From: a virus
Virus record (IMG/VR): IMGVR_UViG_3300012984_000014
Coordinates: 52,462-116,461 of that record
Reading direction: 5' to 3' (one strand)
Length of the DNA: 64,000 nt
Shown here: positions 62,429-64,000 of the stretch, piece after piece
Numbering within the stretch: the first letter of the stretch is position 1
Layout: each line of letters begins with the position of its first letter
Notes under the pieces: generated by a model
Seen by the model: only the letters and a program-made list of their open reading frames with translations
Told to the model about the DNA's origin: nothing
The model's database searches: none
Program-made: the position numbers and the translations under genes

Positions 62429-63349
62429 TTGCCGAGCAAACCAAAACGACGATTCTTGGGACTCAACGTTGACGAAGTGAGCGTGGTCGACAGTCCCGCG
62501 AATGAAGTCGAATTTTTAGTCACGAAGAACCTGGAGGATAGTGATATGGCTGGAAAAGCATCCGATGACGCCGAGCGAGTGGCAGTGGAACAACCGGCGG
62601 CTGACGAAGCCGTTTCCAAAGCCCTGGAACACGTCTCCAACATCGTGGAGAACATCGCCAAGGCAGTAGGCCTTCCCGCCGCTGCTCCCGCGCCGGCCGC
62701 AGCACCCGCTGCCCCGGCCGCACCGGCAGCTGTCGCTGCCGAGGAAGGCGTGGAGAAGGCGATGACCATCAAGGACCTGATGAAGGCCGCTGGCATCGAA
62801 ATGAACGCGGAAACTGAAAAGAAGATGAAGGCTGCGGGCTTCGACCCCAGCCAGAAGTTCCCGACCGCGAAGCCTCCGGTGGAGAAGACGACCAAGGCTG
62901 CAGAGTCAACGGACGATGTCCCGGTCACTATGTCGGGCTTCTTCGACTTGATCACCAAGGCCAAGAAGTTCACTCCGGGTCGCGTCGAAGCCCTCAAGAG
63001 CGCCGTCGTAGCACTGAAGGCGCTCTTGGACGAGATCGAAGAGGTCCCGCAAGGAACCATGCCGGGTGTCTCGCCGGGCGGCTCCACTCAGTTCGGCGCT
63101 TCTGGCGTGAAGGGCCTGACGAATGGAACCGACGTTTCCAAAGCGGCAGAGCCGACCGAGATGACTCAAGTTCTCGCGGCGGTCACCAATCTGGCGAACG
63201 TCGTGAAGAGCCTGCAAGAAGGCCAGACCGCGCTGAATGGCAAGGTCGAAGCCGTTTCCAAGGCGCGCCCCGCGTCAGAGTCTCTCGAAGGCGCTGGCGG
63301 AACCGAAACCAAAGTCAGCAAGAGCGCTCTCTGGAGCGGGATTCTCTAA
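62429..63349 (+). CDS. scaffold-like protein with N-terminal EVSVVDSPAN segment
   Basis: GGAG SD plus TTG; LNVDEVSVVDSPAN; Ala/Pro-rich; C-terminal coiled coil; sits between protease and capsid. Confidence 0.7.
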   Translation: MPSKPKRRFLGLNVDEVSVVDSPANEVEFLVTKNLEDSDMAGKASDDAERVAVEQPAADEAVSKALEHVSNIVENIAKAVGLPAAAPAPAAAPAAPAAPAAVAAEEGVEKAMTIKDLMKAAGIEMNAETEKKMKAAGFDPSQKFPTAKPPVEKTTKAAESTDDVPVTMSGFFDLITKAKKFTPGRVEALKSAVVALKALLDEIEEVPQGTMPGVSPGGSTQFGASGVKGLTNGTDVSKAAEPTEMTQVLAAVTNLANVVKSLQEGQTALNGKVEAVSKARPASESLEGAGGTETKVSKSALWSGIL

Positions 63350-63411
63350 CAAGTTCTGGCCGGGTTAACCAGAAACCAGCCGTAGCAAAACACCAGCAGG
63401 AGCAGTTTCAA

Positions 63412-64000
63412 ATGGGCAACGTAAACAACGAAGAGCTGGTCAAGAAAGCCGTAATCACGGCTGATACCTTGGCCACGGGTGGCAAACTCAACCCGGCGCA
63501 GAGCGACAAGTTCATCGACTACGTGATCGATGAGACCGCGTTGAAGGACAACGCACGCATCGTGCGCTTCCGCAACGAAACCTTGGACATCGACAAGATC
63601 GGCGTTGGAAAGCGCGTCGCGGTCGCCAAGAGCGAAGCGAGCGATCCGGGCATCCGTCGCGGCGTCACCACCTCGAAGGTCTCTCTGCAGCCCGTCGAGA
63701 TCATGGTGCCGATCGAGATCGGTGACACCTTCCGTGAGATCAACATCGAAGGCGAGAACGTGGAGGACACGATCATCCGTCTGTTCGCCACCCAGCTCGC
63801 GAACGACATGGAGGATCTCTACATCAACGGCAACAAGCTCAAGCCGGCGCGCCTGCAGAGCGACTTGCTCGAAGGTGGCGACTCCACCCGCTACATCGCG
63901 GACACCTATCTGGGTCTCCAAGATGGTTGGTCGCTGCTCGCGGACGGCGCGAACGTGGTCAATGCCGGCGGCCAGAACATCGGCTTGTCCGTGTTCTCCA
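63412..64000 (+). CDS. major capsid protein (HK97 fold, P2/PBSX-like), 5' part, runs off the window
   Basis: AGGAG SD; GGKLNPAQSDKFID, DIDKIG, EDTI...ATQLANDMEDLYING; absent from the track because it is unterminated. Confidence 0.85.
   Translation, partial: MGNVNNEELVKKAVITADTLATGGKLNPAQSDKFIDYVIDETALKDNARIVRFRNETLDIDKIGVGKRVAVAKSEASDPGIRRGVTTSKVSLQPVEIMVPIEIGDTFREINIEGENVEDTIIRLFATQLANDMEDLYINGNKLKPARLQSDLLEGGDSTRYIADTYLGLQDGWSLLADGANVVNAGGQNIGLSVFS

Noticed and set aside
55790-63372. Late-promoter motif GCCGGGTT(A/G)A upstream of 55859 and 63412
   Set aside because: Only two short GC-rich matches, compatible with chance.

Overview
GC-rich segment of a large tailed dsDNA phage genome (Caudoviricetes-like); the host cannot be determined from the sequence. 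Almost all genes are on the + strand. Layout: (1) 1-21 kb, a replication, recombination and nucleotide module (Tmk-like kinase, DnaE, HU, gp32-like SSB with an extreme acidic/basic tail, RecA, SbcD/SbcC, RuvC, 5'-3' exonuclease, degenerate family-4 UDG, two GIY-YIG endonucleases, dCTP deaminase, MazG-like). (2) 21-32 kb, accessory genes, including two small minus-strand cassettes (stand-alone response regulator plus secreted SLT-like enzyme; two membrane coiled-coil proteins) and two ORFs carrying scrambled terminase-like motifs. (3) About 32.0-40.7 kb, a distinct block bounded on the left by about 25 A/T tracts phased at about 11.6 bp and on the right by an AT-rich array of 16-bp iteron-like repeats, filled with tiny genes and 6 of the 12 copies of a conserved promoter-like module. 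(4) 40.7-55 kb, further small genes (pseudo-metzincin lipoprotein, XRE-HTH, SLOG/YspA, PD-(D/E)XK). (5) 54-64 kb, packaging and head genes (probable TerS, TerL, PBSX-type portal, gpF-like, XkdF-like protease, scaffold-like, start of the major capsid). No tRNA, rRNA, CRISPR array, integrase or intein was recognised. The most notable signals are non-coding: the 12-copy promoter module (TCCACA..42 bp..TGTGGA; TCGACN-17-TANNNY) driving many apparently leaderless genes, the phased-bend DNA and the iteron-like array. Together these suggest an SPO1/T5-like terminal or first-expressed host-takeover block (inference). All family assignments are by-eye motif recognition; no database search was run.
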